In this document: one piece after another, positions 18,487 through 26,918 of the stretch
Layout: each line of letters opens with the position of its first letter
How positions within the stretch are numbered: position 1 is the first letter of the stretch
Assembly (NCBI GenBank): GCA_041737255.1
Contig: JBGSSB010000092.1
Span: 12,425 to 76,424, forward strand
Direction of reading: 5' to 3'
From: Chlamydiales bacterium
Lineage (GTDB): Bacteria > Chlamydiota > Chlamydiia > Chlamydiales > FEN-1388
DNA: 64,000 nt
The notes under the pieces: model-generated
Database searches by the model: none
What the model was told of the DNA's origin: nothing
The model's input: only the letters and a program-made list of their open reading frames with translations
Program-made: the position numbers and the translations under genes

Positions 18487-19530
18487 TTGGGCGAATTTAT
18501 AAAAAAAATTTGTGTGCGCATGCCAAACTGGCTTGGCGATGCTGTCATGGGGACTCCTGTATTAGAAGATATTAAAAGGGCTTTTCCAGAGAGTAGACTT
18601 ACAGTTCTTTGTCATAACGCGATAAAAATCCTTCTTGAGGCAACGCCCTTTATCGATGAGTTCATCGTTTTTCCGGCCAATAAAAAACGAGATAAACAAG
18701 AAAAAGAGAGAATTTATGCCGAGTTGCAAAAAGGGCAGTTTGATGCAGGTATTCTTTTAACTCGTTCATTTTCATCTGCATGGTGGTTTGTACAGGGCAA
18801 GGTTAAACGGCGCATTGGTTTTAAAGACCACTTTAGAAGCTTGCTGTTGACGGATGCTTTGACAGTTCCTGAAAATGAAGAGTATGAACACCAAGTTATT
18901 ACCTATAAAAAACTGCTCGAGCCCCTTGGAATAGAGCCGAGTCAGACAAAGCCCAGAATCTATTTGCAACAAGATGAAATCGATGAGGCAAAAAGTGCAC
19001 TTAGTGCTTTGGGTATTGAACCGCACCATCTGCTTATTGGCGTAAATCCGGGAGCTGCCTTTGGCTCTGCAAAATGTTGGCCGGCTGAGCGCTTTAAAGA
19101 GCTTACGGCACGACTTTTATTGCACCCAGATGTACGGGTAGTCTATTTTGGGGACGGGGTTTCAAAGCCACTCGTTGATGATATCACGCGACCTTTTGAT
19201 GATAGGGTGGTAAATATGGCAGCAAAAACTACACTTCGATCTTTTACCACACTCCTTTCACTTTGTAATTGTCTTGTGACTAATGATAGTGGTCCTATGC
19301 ATGTGGCAGCGGCGCTTTCTACGCCCCTTGTCGCTATTTTTGGTTCAACCAACGAAATAAAAACGGGCCCTTATGGTGGTGGAACAGTACTTCACAAGCA
19401 TACCCTTTGCAGTCCCTGTTATTTGCGAACATGTCCCATAGATTTTCGCTGCATGACGAGTATTAGTGTAGATGATGTATTTTCAGCCATTTTTACAACG
19501 GTGAGAGATGACTCAAGACTCTTTCGATAA
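18487..19530 (+). CDS. Glycosyltransferase family 9 (heptosyltransferase-like, WaaF/WaaC family)
   Basis: TTG start 9 nt after an AGAGG Shine-Dalgarno sequence. N-terminal MPNWLGDAVMGTP motif, C-terminal TNDSGPMHVAAAL motif, and a Cys-rich tail, CSPCYLRTCPIDFRCM. Confidence 0.7.
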   Translation: MGEFIKKICVRMPNWLGDAVMGTPVLEDIKRAFPESRLTVLCHNAIKILLEATPFIDEFIVFPANKKRDKQEKERIYAELQKGQFDAGILLTRSFSSAWWFVQGKVKRRIGFKDHFRSLLLTDALTVPENEEYEHQVITYKKLLEPLGIEPSQTKPRIYLQQDEIDEAKSALSALGIEPHHLLIGVNPGAAFGSAKCWPAERFKELTARLLLHPDVRVVYFGDGVSKPLVDDITRPFDDRVVNMAAKTTLRSFTTLLSLCNCLVTNDSGPMHVAAALSTPLVAIFGSTNEIKTGPYGGGTVLHKHTLCSPCYLRTCPIDFRCMTSISVDDVFSAIFTTVRDDSRLFR

Positions 19531-20518
19531 CTATGAGCCCTTAAAAACTTACTTTGTCCCAGATGCCTCATTCAGCCAGCAGGGCCAAAAAGTGGTTGGA
19601 CAAGGCAAGGTTGGTGTTATTGTGCTGGCCGGTGGCCATGGCTCTCGCCTTGGCTTTGATGCGCCTAAAGGCTGCTTTGTGATAAACGGTAAAAGTCTTT
19701 ATCAGCGACTAGCCCAAAAGGTAGCTTTGGCATCAACGCTTTATGCTAAAAGTTTGCATCTTGCCATTATGACCTCTGATGCTACCCATGAAAAGACTAT
19801 AGAGCACTTTGATGAGTCAAATTACTTTGGCTTAAAAAAAGAGCAGGTGCTGTTTTTTCAGCAGCAAAACCTGCCTCTTCAAGATGAAAGTGGAAATGTC
19901 GTGTCTCTTGAAGCTCCTGATGGCAATGGAGCGCTCTTTTGGCATTTTGCAAAAAGCGGCCATCTTGCCGCATGGCAAGAGGCGGGCATTGAGCATGTTA
20001 TCGTGTTTCCTGTAGATAATGTACTTGCTGATCCCTTTGAGCCAAATCTCATTGGGTTACACGATTTACATGAAAATGATGTCACTGTAGTCGGCGTCAA
20101 ACGTGAAACTGCTCAGGAGCAGGTGGGCGTTCTTGTTAACATCGGAGCAAAACTTGCTGTGGTAGAGTATTCTGAAATGGCGGATTCAGAAAGGTTGGCA
20201 TGTGATGTTTTGGGCTCTCTTAAATACCCCTTGGCTAACATTTCCTACTTTGCATTTAGTCTTGAATTTATAAGAAAAGTGCTAACGTTTACACCCAGTG
20301 ATTTGCCGCTACATAAGGCAAAGAAAAAGGTGCGTACAGGGGATAAAGAAGCCTATTATTACAAATCAGAGTATTTCATTTTTGATTTGTTGGACTTTAG
20401 TGATAAAGCAGAGGTTCTTCTTTTGTCTCGCGATGCATTTTTTGCCCCCCTAAAAAACAAAACAGGCCCTCAAAGCATAGCCACGGTGGAAGCGGCGCTT
20501 AGACTTCACGAAAAATGA
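19508..20518 (+). CDS. UDP-sugar pyrophosphorylase of the eukaryotic UDPGP/UAP1 type (short form)
   Basis: VLAGGHGSRLGFDAPKG and APDGNGALF motifs. At 336 aa it is shorter than typical UAP1 enzymes. Overlaps the GT9 gene by 23 nt. Confidence 0.6.
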   Translation: MTQDSFDNYEPLKTYFVPDASFSQQGQKVVGQGKVGVIVLAGGHGSRLGFDAPKGCFVINGKSLYQRLAQKVALASTLYAKSLHLAIMTSDATHEKTIEHFDESNYFGLKKEQVLFFQQQNLPLQDESGNVVSLEAPDGNGALFWHFAKSGHLAAWQEAGIEHVIVFPVDNVLADPFEPNLIGLHDLHENDVTVVGVKRETAQEQVGVLVNIGAKLAVVEYSEMADSERLACDVLGSLKYPLANISYFAFSLEFIRKVLTFTPSDLPLHKAKKKVRTGDKEAYYYKSEYFIFDLLDFSDKAEVLLLSRDAFFAPLKNKTGPQSIATVEAALRLHEK

Positions 20519-20528
20519 TTTTTAGGTA

Positions 20529-20786
20529 TCAAGGTTCACACTTTTCTATGTCGAGTGAAAAGCCGTTGGTGAAGAGTAGGATAAAGGTAATTGGAAAGAA
20601 GAAGAGTGTCCAAAACCCAAGCCAAAATCGTGATCCATTGTAGGTTATGCTATAGGTGGACTCTTTCAGTGCAAAGCTGGCTCCTGTGAGCAAAAGCACA
20701 AGAGCTATCGGGAAAAATATAATAGCCCAGAAAATAAGCCAAAAATAGGAGTAGTGATAGGTAAATTGTACGTTTATCTTTGTCAT
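20529..20786 (-). CDS. Small membrane protein built from two copies of one hydrophobic module
   Basis: 85 aa. YFWLIFWAIIFFPIALVLLLTGASF and RFWLGFWTLFFFPITFILLFTNGFS are clearly duplicated. Confidence 0.45.
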   Translation of the reverse strand: MTKINVQFTYHYSYFWLIFWAIIFFPIALVLLLTGASFALKESTYSITYNGSRFWLGFWTLFFFPITFILLFTNGFSLDIEKCEP

Positions 20787-20913
20787 GATGCACCTTATTA
20801 TTGTGCTGTTGTGGCGGCTCTTATAAGAATTTTACCCTATTCAAGCTGTTTTTTTCTATAAATAGGGATAATCTCCTTCTTAATGATTGATAATTAATTA
20901 TTTAAAATGAGAC

Positions 20914-22440
20914 ATGATGAGGGTGAAGGAAAAAATAGGGCGCATCATGTCTGTGGAAAATAAAATGCCAGCTCGTCAGCCTATCGATCTAAGTAAGTCT
21001 GCTGAGTCAAAGCCCCAGGATAAACTTACGCCTACGGCTGATGGAAGTGTTGAAGCTGGCGCACGCACTGTTCTTTCTAAAGTTCCTTCAAATGAAGTGC
21101 TGCGAATGACACAGCAGGTAGAGGGAGCTAAGGCGCCTCGTGTCACTTATGCTGCAGCAAAAGCTGGAATAGGGGGGCAAAAACCAGAAAGTCAATTTGT
21201 AGCACTCTCTGGTAAAGAGCCTCCTCCAACCTTAAAAGAAATTAAGCAGGCAACAGCAAGTGGAGCTTTATCAGCTCCAGAAGCAAAGGCACTTACATAC
21301 TATGTAAAAGAAGTTGCTGGTAAGTATCGGCCAAAAGAGGATGGGTTGTCGCCACAGACGCTCTGTAAAGTTCTCAAACAGGCCTTTTCAAATGAGGCAC
21401 TTATGCTGCGAGGTGCTCATCTAAAATTAGGAAAGGAAAATGTAATTATATCCAAAAATGATAGTAAATTTGAGATTCTAGAAAAATTAGCCATTCTTGG
21501 TAAGGGAACTTTTGGTGTTGCAAGTAAAGTCAGGCATCTTTTTTCAGGGAAAGTGCATATTTTAAAGCTGCCGAGAAATGATTTATCGAAAGATGAGAGT
21601 GTAAAAGCCAGAGCGGATGTTCTTAACGAAATAGAGCTTCTTCAGTTTATCCACCAAGACAAGATTCGTCCAGGGATACAGGCGCCAGCTCATGTGGTGT
21701 CCAAAATCAGTGGGACACAAACAGAGAAAGTAGGAATGCTAGGAAAGGAATATGACGGCTCAGGTGTGGCTATAGTAACGTCAAAAAATAGCGAAGGAAA
21801 CTGGGATCGACGTGGGCTACCTAATTTACTATTGGCCTATGGTGCCTACCAATTATTACAGGGGCTTGAAGGTCTTCATGATATTGGTATCGTCCATGGA
21901 GATATAAAGCCGGATAACTGCCTTGTTGATTATGAAAACTGGGAAGATGATGGCACAACATGGGTGCTTGCTGATTTAGGAGGCGCAGAGCGCATTGACG
22001 CGATTGATATGCAAAAAGCAAAAGATGCTCCAATTGGAGTTGTTACGGCTCCCTATGTTTCTAGAACCGATGAAGCTCTTGCTGAAAAGTCTGCTGCATC
22101 AGCAGATAAACAGCAGTATATCGAAAGTAAAATGAAGCGAGATGTTTTTGCACTTGGTCAAACGATCTGTGAGATGCTTTCTTTGACAAGGCCTTATGCG
22201 CTCGATGATGAAATGCGACCACGTACTTCAGAGGGTTTTACTCTAGAGTTCGAAAAAATATTCTCCGATCTTTTTACAGAAGAAGATGAGGAACATCCGG
22301 CTGTTTTACTTGATGTATTGAAAGGGATGTGCGATCCCAATCCTGAAACACGCCTTACCGCAGCTGAGGCTAGAAAAGCCTTTGCAGACTGGTACAGGCA
22401 GGTAAATGCCGATTTTGCCACCGAATTCAATATCGTTTAA
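20914..22440 (+). CDS. Eukaryotic-like Ser/Thr protein kinase with a roughly 190-aa low-complexity N-terminus
   Basis: G-loop LGKGTFGV, VHILKLP lysine, catalytic loop HGDIKPDNCLV (Asp codon at 21901-21903), and DLG in ADLGGA. Confidence 0.75.
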   Translation: MMRVKEKIGRIMSVENKMPARQPIDLSKSAESKPQDKLTPTADGSVEAGARTVLSKVPSNEVLRMTQQVEGAKAPRVTYAAAKAGIGGQKPESQFVALSGKEPPPTLKEIKQATASGALSAPEAKALTYYVKEVAGKYRPKEDGLSPQTLCKVLKQAFSNEALMLRGAHLKLGKENVIISKNDSKFEILEKLAILGKGTFGVASKVRHLFSGKVHILKLPRNDLSKDESVKARADVLNEIELLQFIHQDKIRPGIQAPAHVVSKISGTQTEKVGMLGKEYDGSGVAIVTSKNSEGNWDRRGLPNLLLAYGAYQLLQGLEGLHDIGIVHGDIKPDNCLVDYENWEDDGTTWVLADLGGAERIDAIDMQKAKDAPIGVVTAPYVSRTDEALAEKSAASADKQQYIESKMKRDVFALGQTICEMLSLTRPYALDDEMRPRTSEGFTLEFEKIFSDLFTEEDEEHPAVLLDVLKGMCDPNPETRLTAAEARKAFADWYRQVNADFATEFNIV

Positions 22441-22442
22441 TG

Positions 22443-24401
22443 CTATAAAGCTTCTAGCTCGGGTGAAAATGCTCGAAAGGTTCCAATCTCACTGCGTCGG
22501 TAAAGATTTGTTGGCAGGTAGTCGGTACCTGTCCAATTAAAAGAAGGTAATTCTCTTCTTTTGGTGCTAAGGTCTATGATACGCAAAATTCCATCAGATG
22601 TAGCTCTGTCGACTACCTCTATGGCTAATTTTTTTACTTCGAGAAGCTCTGTTACATAGAGCACATCACCTGCTGAGGTGTCTATAAAAGCGATAGTCTC
22701 TTCTTGGATGGGAATGTCTTGTGAAACTGCTGTCCATAGGCTGTAAAAGACATTTGTTCCAGGTTTTCTTCCTGTAAAAAATTTGGCGTGACTCTCAACT
22801 AAACAGCTTTCGTCAATGGCAAAGGTGTGGGTGCCATATCCGTGATCTCCCTCGTTATTGCACGACACATAGGTGCCAGGGCCTGCTGCACCGCTTGTAG
22901 ACTGGCGGATCGTTTGGGTGGCGATAATATTTTCAAGACCAGCTCTTGTAGCGTGGTAAAAATCAGGTAGCGGCACGTTGATGCCTTGTTGTAGTTTCTT
23001 GAGAGTTTTTGTAAAATAGTCGGAAACCTTTTGGTCGATACCCTGCGACCCTCGAATGAGTTTTACTGCAGCCTCTATGCGTTCTTGCTTTTCAGCTATA
23101 GTTACTGCGGTTCTTAAATAATTTTTTCCTGAATAGTGGCAGCATCCTGGTACTGGAGCGACATGGAGTTGCGGCAAATAATCTTTGAGCTTCGATACAA
23201 GCTTTTTTGCAATGGTTACAAGGCGTCTATCTTCTTGTGTGCTAAGGTTGTGGTTGGCAATTTCGTGAGTAAGTGTCGAAATTGTTCTCTCTACAATTTC
23301 TTGTTTCTCTTGTACGTTAGTATCGATGCTGCGAGCAGGTGGAGCTATAGTGTTTGTGTATGATAGTCCAGAAGTTTCTAAAACAGCCTTCATTATATCA
23401 AGCTGTTCTTTTGTTAGATCGTAGAGCACGATAAAACTTTCGTCGCTTCTGGAAAAGGCATTCATACTCCAGTTTGCCGAGCCATTTAATAAAGTTTTGT
23501 TGTCGATAAGCATAAATTTTTGATGGAGGTTGTGTCCTGTTTTTACGTTGATGCCGCTTTGCAGAAGAAGTTTAATGGCATCCTCCTTAAGACTTGATGT
23601 AACAACTTCAATGTGTATGCCTCTTTGATGAGCTCTAATAAGTGCATGGCTTGCATCTTTATAGGTCAAAACGTCTATTGAAATTTTAATCTGTTCTTTA
23701 GCGGTATCTATTAGGTTGCATAGTTTTTCTTTTGCACACTTATTTAACAGGGTTTCAGCTTCGCGAGTAGCTTGTGGTTGATTGTGAGGGAGTAGGTAAA
23801 GTTCTAGTAGCTGGTTGTTAAAATAGTAGCAGAGAGGGGCTGTTATAGATCGTGGGGTATGAAATTCTATGTGTTCGGCTTCTTGGTGTAGGGCTTCTGC
23901 TATTTCTTCACTATAGCACGCAATCGCTAGGTTTTTTGATCCTGTAAGGCCACTTGGGGTAAAGTTTGCTGATCCATGCCATATGTATGATCTATCTACT
24001 ACCAAAATTTTATGATGTACGTGGCCTTCACCTGTAGTTCTTGTTGCTATTGTTATAGAGGGATGAAGCGCTGTTTTAAGTCCGGCTAAATGGTCACGAT
24101 CTATGACGAGGTGAACCTTGATGCCTAGCGCTGCCTTGTTGTTGATAATTTTTATAATTTCTTGGTCGGTAAAGCTAAAGGATATAAATAGAATTGAGGA
24201 GTGCGCTTTATCTAATAAATTGTAAATAGAATCCTTTAATTTGTTGTCGCTGGTATCGTGGTTGCTTACAATGATGGGGCCATATTCAATCTCGTGAATT
24301 GAAGGATGGTTTTCTGAGTGAAGTGTAGTTGCTGAGAGTGTAGTTGCTATATTGTTAGAAAATGCAACTATAAGGAAAAGTAAGAATAACGTTTGTTTCA
24401 T
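22443..24401 (-). CDS. Secreted phospholipase D superfamily protein (two HKD motifs) with an extra C-terminal domain of about 175 aa
   Basis: Signal peptide, then HKD motifs HHKILVVDRSYIWHGSANF and HQKFMLIDNKTLLNGSANW. The C-terminal region (aa 475-652, nt 22446-22979) carries FYHATR...STSGAAGPGTYVS...IQEE. Confidence 0.8.
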   Translation of the reverse strand: MKQTLFLLFLIVAFSNNIATTLSATTLHSENHPSIHEIEYGPIIVSNHDTSDNKLKDSIYNLLDKAHSSILFISFSFTDQEIIKIINNKAALGIKVHLVIDRDHLAGLKTALHPSITIATRTTGEGHVHHKILVVDRSYIWHGSANFTPSGLTGSKNLAIACYSEEIAEALHQEAEHIEFHTPRSITAPLCYYFNNQLLELYLLPHNQPQATREAETLLNKCAKEKLCNLIDTAKEQIKISIDVLTYKDASHALIRAHQRGIHIEVVTSSLKEDAIKLLLQSGINVKTGHNLHQKFMLIDNKTLLNGSANWSMNAFSRSDESFIVLYDLTKEQLDIMKAVLETSGLSYTNTIAPPARSIDTNVQEKQEIVERTISTLTHEIANHNLSTQEDRRLVTIAKKLVSKLKDYLPQLHVAPVPGCCHYSGKNYLRTAVTIAEKQERIEAAVKLIRGSQGIDQKVSDYFTKTLKKLQQGINVPLPDFYHATRAGLENIIATQTIRQSTSGAAGPGTYVSCNNEGDHGYGTHTFAIDESCLVESHAKFFTGRKPGTNVFYSLWTAVSQDIPIQEETIAFIDTSAGDVLYVTELLEVKKLAIEVVDRATSDGILRIIDLSTKRRELPSFNWTGTDYLPTNLYRRSEIGTFRAFSPELEAL

Positions 24402-24538
24402 CTTGTGGCCTTTTCCTATTAAAGCTTACATGATGTTAAAATTATTGACTAGTAAAATATGTCTTGTAAAAACAGTGTGAACTTGTTATATTTGTGGTTT
24501 GAATTTAGGCGGGTTTTTTTGTCGTAATTAGGGGTCGT

Positions 24539-25477
24539 ATGCAGCGCAGTAGTAAAATGGGATATTATGTCTTAACCCTCGCACAATTGGGTATAAGCGT
24601 AAATATTGTAGTAAGTAAGTTTTTGTTAGAAGTAATGCCCATGTTTATGTTACTAGCATGCAGGTTTTGCATTAGCACTATTATTTTAGGGTCGATAGTA
24701 AAATTTACGAAAACATCATTCGCGGAGCCTGAACATCCAGATGGCAAGCTCACAAAAAAAGACTGGATGTTTGCGGCATTACAAGGGATTTTCGCGGCCT
24801 TTTTGTTTAATTTGTTTTTTATGTGGGGGTTGCAGCACACCACAGCTATGGCATCTGGCATCATAAGCAGCGCACTTCCTGCAATAATTACCTGTTGTGC
24901 TGTTTGGTTCCTTAAGGAAAAGTTGAATATGGCTAAAAGTCTGGGGCTTGTGCTTGCTGTGGTTGGCATAGTAATAATTAACATAGACCACGTTGAGGCA
25001 GAAGGTAGCTCTGTACATACCTATTTGGGGGACTTTCTAGTTCTTGTAGCACTATTTCCTGAGGCTCTTTATTCAATAGTTAGTCGTAAGTTAGCAGGGC
25101 GTATGACACCACTTGCTGCAGCATTTATTGCAAATGGTGTAGGGTTTGTGTCGCTGTTGTCTTGTGCATTTTTTGCAGGGCCGATAGACTTTAGCTATTG
25201 TGATGGAGTGGACCTTTGCTTACTTGTTGTAAGCGCTCTTTGTAGTTTAGTATTTTTTTGGGGCTGGGGATGGGGGCTTTCGTGTGTTCCTGCAACCACT
25301 GCAGCTGTTTTTGGCGGTGTGATGCCGGTAGCAATTAGTATTTTAGCTATTTTCTTTTTAGGCGAAAGTCTACATTGGTATGATACCTTGGGTATTGTTT
25401 TTGTTTTGCTTTCTATTGTTGTTGGAACGGGATGGAGACCAAGGTTTTTACAAAAAACCGACCTGACAGAGGTCTAG
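24539..25477 (+). CDS. EamA/DMT-family transporter
   Basis: 312 aa with about 10 TM segments in two EamA-like halves. Confidence 0.65.
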   Translation: MQRSSKMGYYVLTLAQLGISVNIVVSKFLLEVMPMFMLLACRFCISTIILGSIVKFTKTSFAEPEHPDGKLTKKDWMFAALQGIFAAFLFNLFFMWGLQHTTAMASGIISSALPAIITCCAVWFLKEKLNMAKSLGLVLAVVGIVIINIDHVEAEGSSVHTYLGDFLVLVALFPEALYSIVSRKLAGRMTPLAAAFIANGVGFVSLLSCAFFAGPIDFSYCDGVDLCLLVVSALCSLVFFWGWGWGLSCVPATTAAVFGGVMPVAISILAIFFLGESLHWYDTLGIVFVLLSIVVGTGWRPRFLQKTDLTEV

Positions 25478-25493
25478 AGTAAGGATCCTTGCC

Positions 25494-26570
25494 ATGACAG
25501 TAAGTTTATATCTCACAACAGAACTTCATTTAGAAAACTCCTATTTTCTTAACAATGCAGCGAATGCTGCATTGACTCCTGTTCGCTATTTTTTTGCTGG
25601 TAAATCCGTGAGAATAGTAGATGGCGCATGCCAACAGGGTAATGGTCCTGAGCTTGAGCGATCATGGCATAAAACTGCTTTGATGATTGCCACGTTTATT
25701 CCGGGAGTCATCCTTGGTTTGGCAGCGCGCTGTTTTAGCTTTGCTATTGAACAAGTAAGAGAAGGCTTTGCTCTCATAAAAAATGATGTACAGCTAGTGA
25801 TTCCACAGCCGGAACAAGCGATTGATATTGGGCTTCTGCCAATTGAATCGGTAATCAGTGAAGAAATTGCCTTTTTTAAGCAACTTCTTGAAGTTCCTGA
25901 TGATCAGCTACATGCGTGGCTTGAAAAGAAAAAGTCTGACAAAAATTATTTAGATGCTTTTTATGGGGCTTCTGTGCTCGCTGAGTCAAAGATTGCGTTT
26001 GAAGATATTGGGGAAGATGAACTTGGAGAATTGATCGAACTTTTTCAGCAGGCAACTCTAAGGCTTGAGCGATTGGAGCTAAGTCGCACGCAAAAATCTA
26101 GTACGCAAGACTCTAGTACACAATCGTCTAAAACAAAGATTCCACGACTGCCTAAAGAGATACCATCCCAACTCCTTAATCAGCTACGTAGAATAAAAGG
26201 GGTCTTATCGGATGCAGAATTTGATCAGTTTTGTAGTAAACTTAAGCATGATCCCGCGCATGTACGAGCGACATTACATGAATCAGAGCAAGTCGTACGC
26301 ATACGAAAAGTAACAGACCTGGCGATCTATTTTTTCTTGGAGCTTCGAGACGTTCCTGATCGTAAAGTTGCCACTTGGTTGAAGACGCAAAGAGCTTCCA
26401 AAAAGTATATCCACCCATTTTTTTTCAGTGCAGACGTGCTAGCAAATCAACAGAAGTATGAAAAAATCATTGGCAGGCAGTCTTTTGCAGATATCGACTA
26501 CAACTACAAGGAAGCTTGCGCCAGAGTCACAAAGCTTGGCCTAGCAGCCTGCATAGCCGACAAGCCATAA
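25494..26570 (+). CDS. Hypothetical membrane-anchored protein with an internal module duplication (effector/Inc candidate)
   Basis: 358 aa with a hydrophobic stretch TALMIATFIPGVILGLAARCFSFAI. Two homologous modules of about 42 aa: IAFFKQLLEVPDDQLHAWLEKKKSDKNYLDAFYGASVLAE and AIYFFLELRDVPDRKVATWLKTQRASKKYIHPFFFSADVLAN. Confidence 0.5.
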   Translation: MTVSLYLTTELHLENSYFLNNAANAALTPVRYFFAGKSVRIVDGACQQGNGPELERSWHKTALMIATFIPGVILGLAARCFSFAIEQVREGFALIKNDVQLVIPQPEQAIDIGLLPIESVISEEIAFFKQLLEVPDDQLHAWLEKKKSDKNYLDAFYGASVLAESKIAFEDIGEDELGELIELFQQATLRLERLELSRTQKSSTQDSSTQSSKTKIPRLPKEIPSQLLNQLRRIKGVLSDAEFDQFCSKLKHDPAHVRATLHESEQVVRIRKVTDLAIYFFLELRDVPDRKVATWLKTQRASKKYIHPFFFSADVLANQQKYEKIIGRQSFADIDYNYKEACARVTKLGLAACIADKP

Positions 26571-26627
26571 GGAGGCCGTGAAAAATCTCAGCAAACTCAC
26601 CAAAATCCTTTATTTTTCACAGCCTCC
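26571..26627 (+). terminator. Stem-loop just after the 25494-26570 stop (no U-tract)
   Basis: ggaggccgtgaaaaat (26571-26586) pairs with atttttcacagcctcc (26612-26627) at 15/16, with a 25-nt loop. Confidence 0.3.
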
Positions 26628-26740
26628 AGTGAGTAGAAATAAATAAAAGGTCCAGTCACTCTCAACCACTGTTAGATCTTATAGTTTTGGGTAACTAGAG
26701 AGAGGAAAAATCACCTCATAGATTTGATAGCTAAATTTTT

Positions 26741-26841
26741 CCCATCCTGCTTATCCTGTCGCTTGCGATCCTGCGTATCTTGTTTGTATTAAAAAAATAT
26801 AGGGTATACAGGGTCGCAAGCGGCATGATAAGCAGGATGGG
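26741..26841. repeat. Family B palindromic repeat (101-bp hairpin)
   Basis: The 33-nt arms at 26741-26773 and 26809-26841 are complementary at 30/33. It shares an exact 25-mer (tcgcaagcggcatgataagcaggat) and an exact 17-mer (atcctgcgtatcttgtt) with the element at 56.3-56.6 kb. Confidence 0.8.
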
Positions 26842-26918
26842 AGAGGATATAAGAAATCGTTGTGAAACTGTTAGTCGCGTAGTGTTTGGCGGTTCATGCC
26901 TGATATTCCTGGATTCAT

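Noticed and set aside
24565-24984. 139-aa minus-strand ORF inside the EamA transporter gene
   Set aside because: The forward frame encodes a coherent 10-TM DMT protein. The reverse frame has no features.
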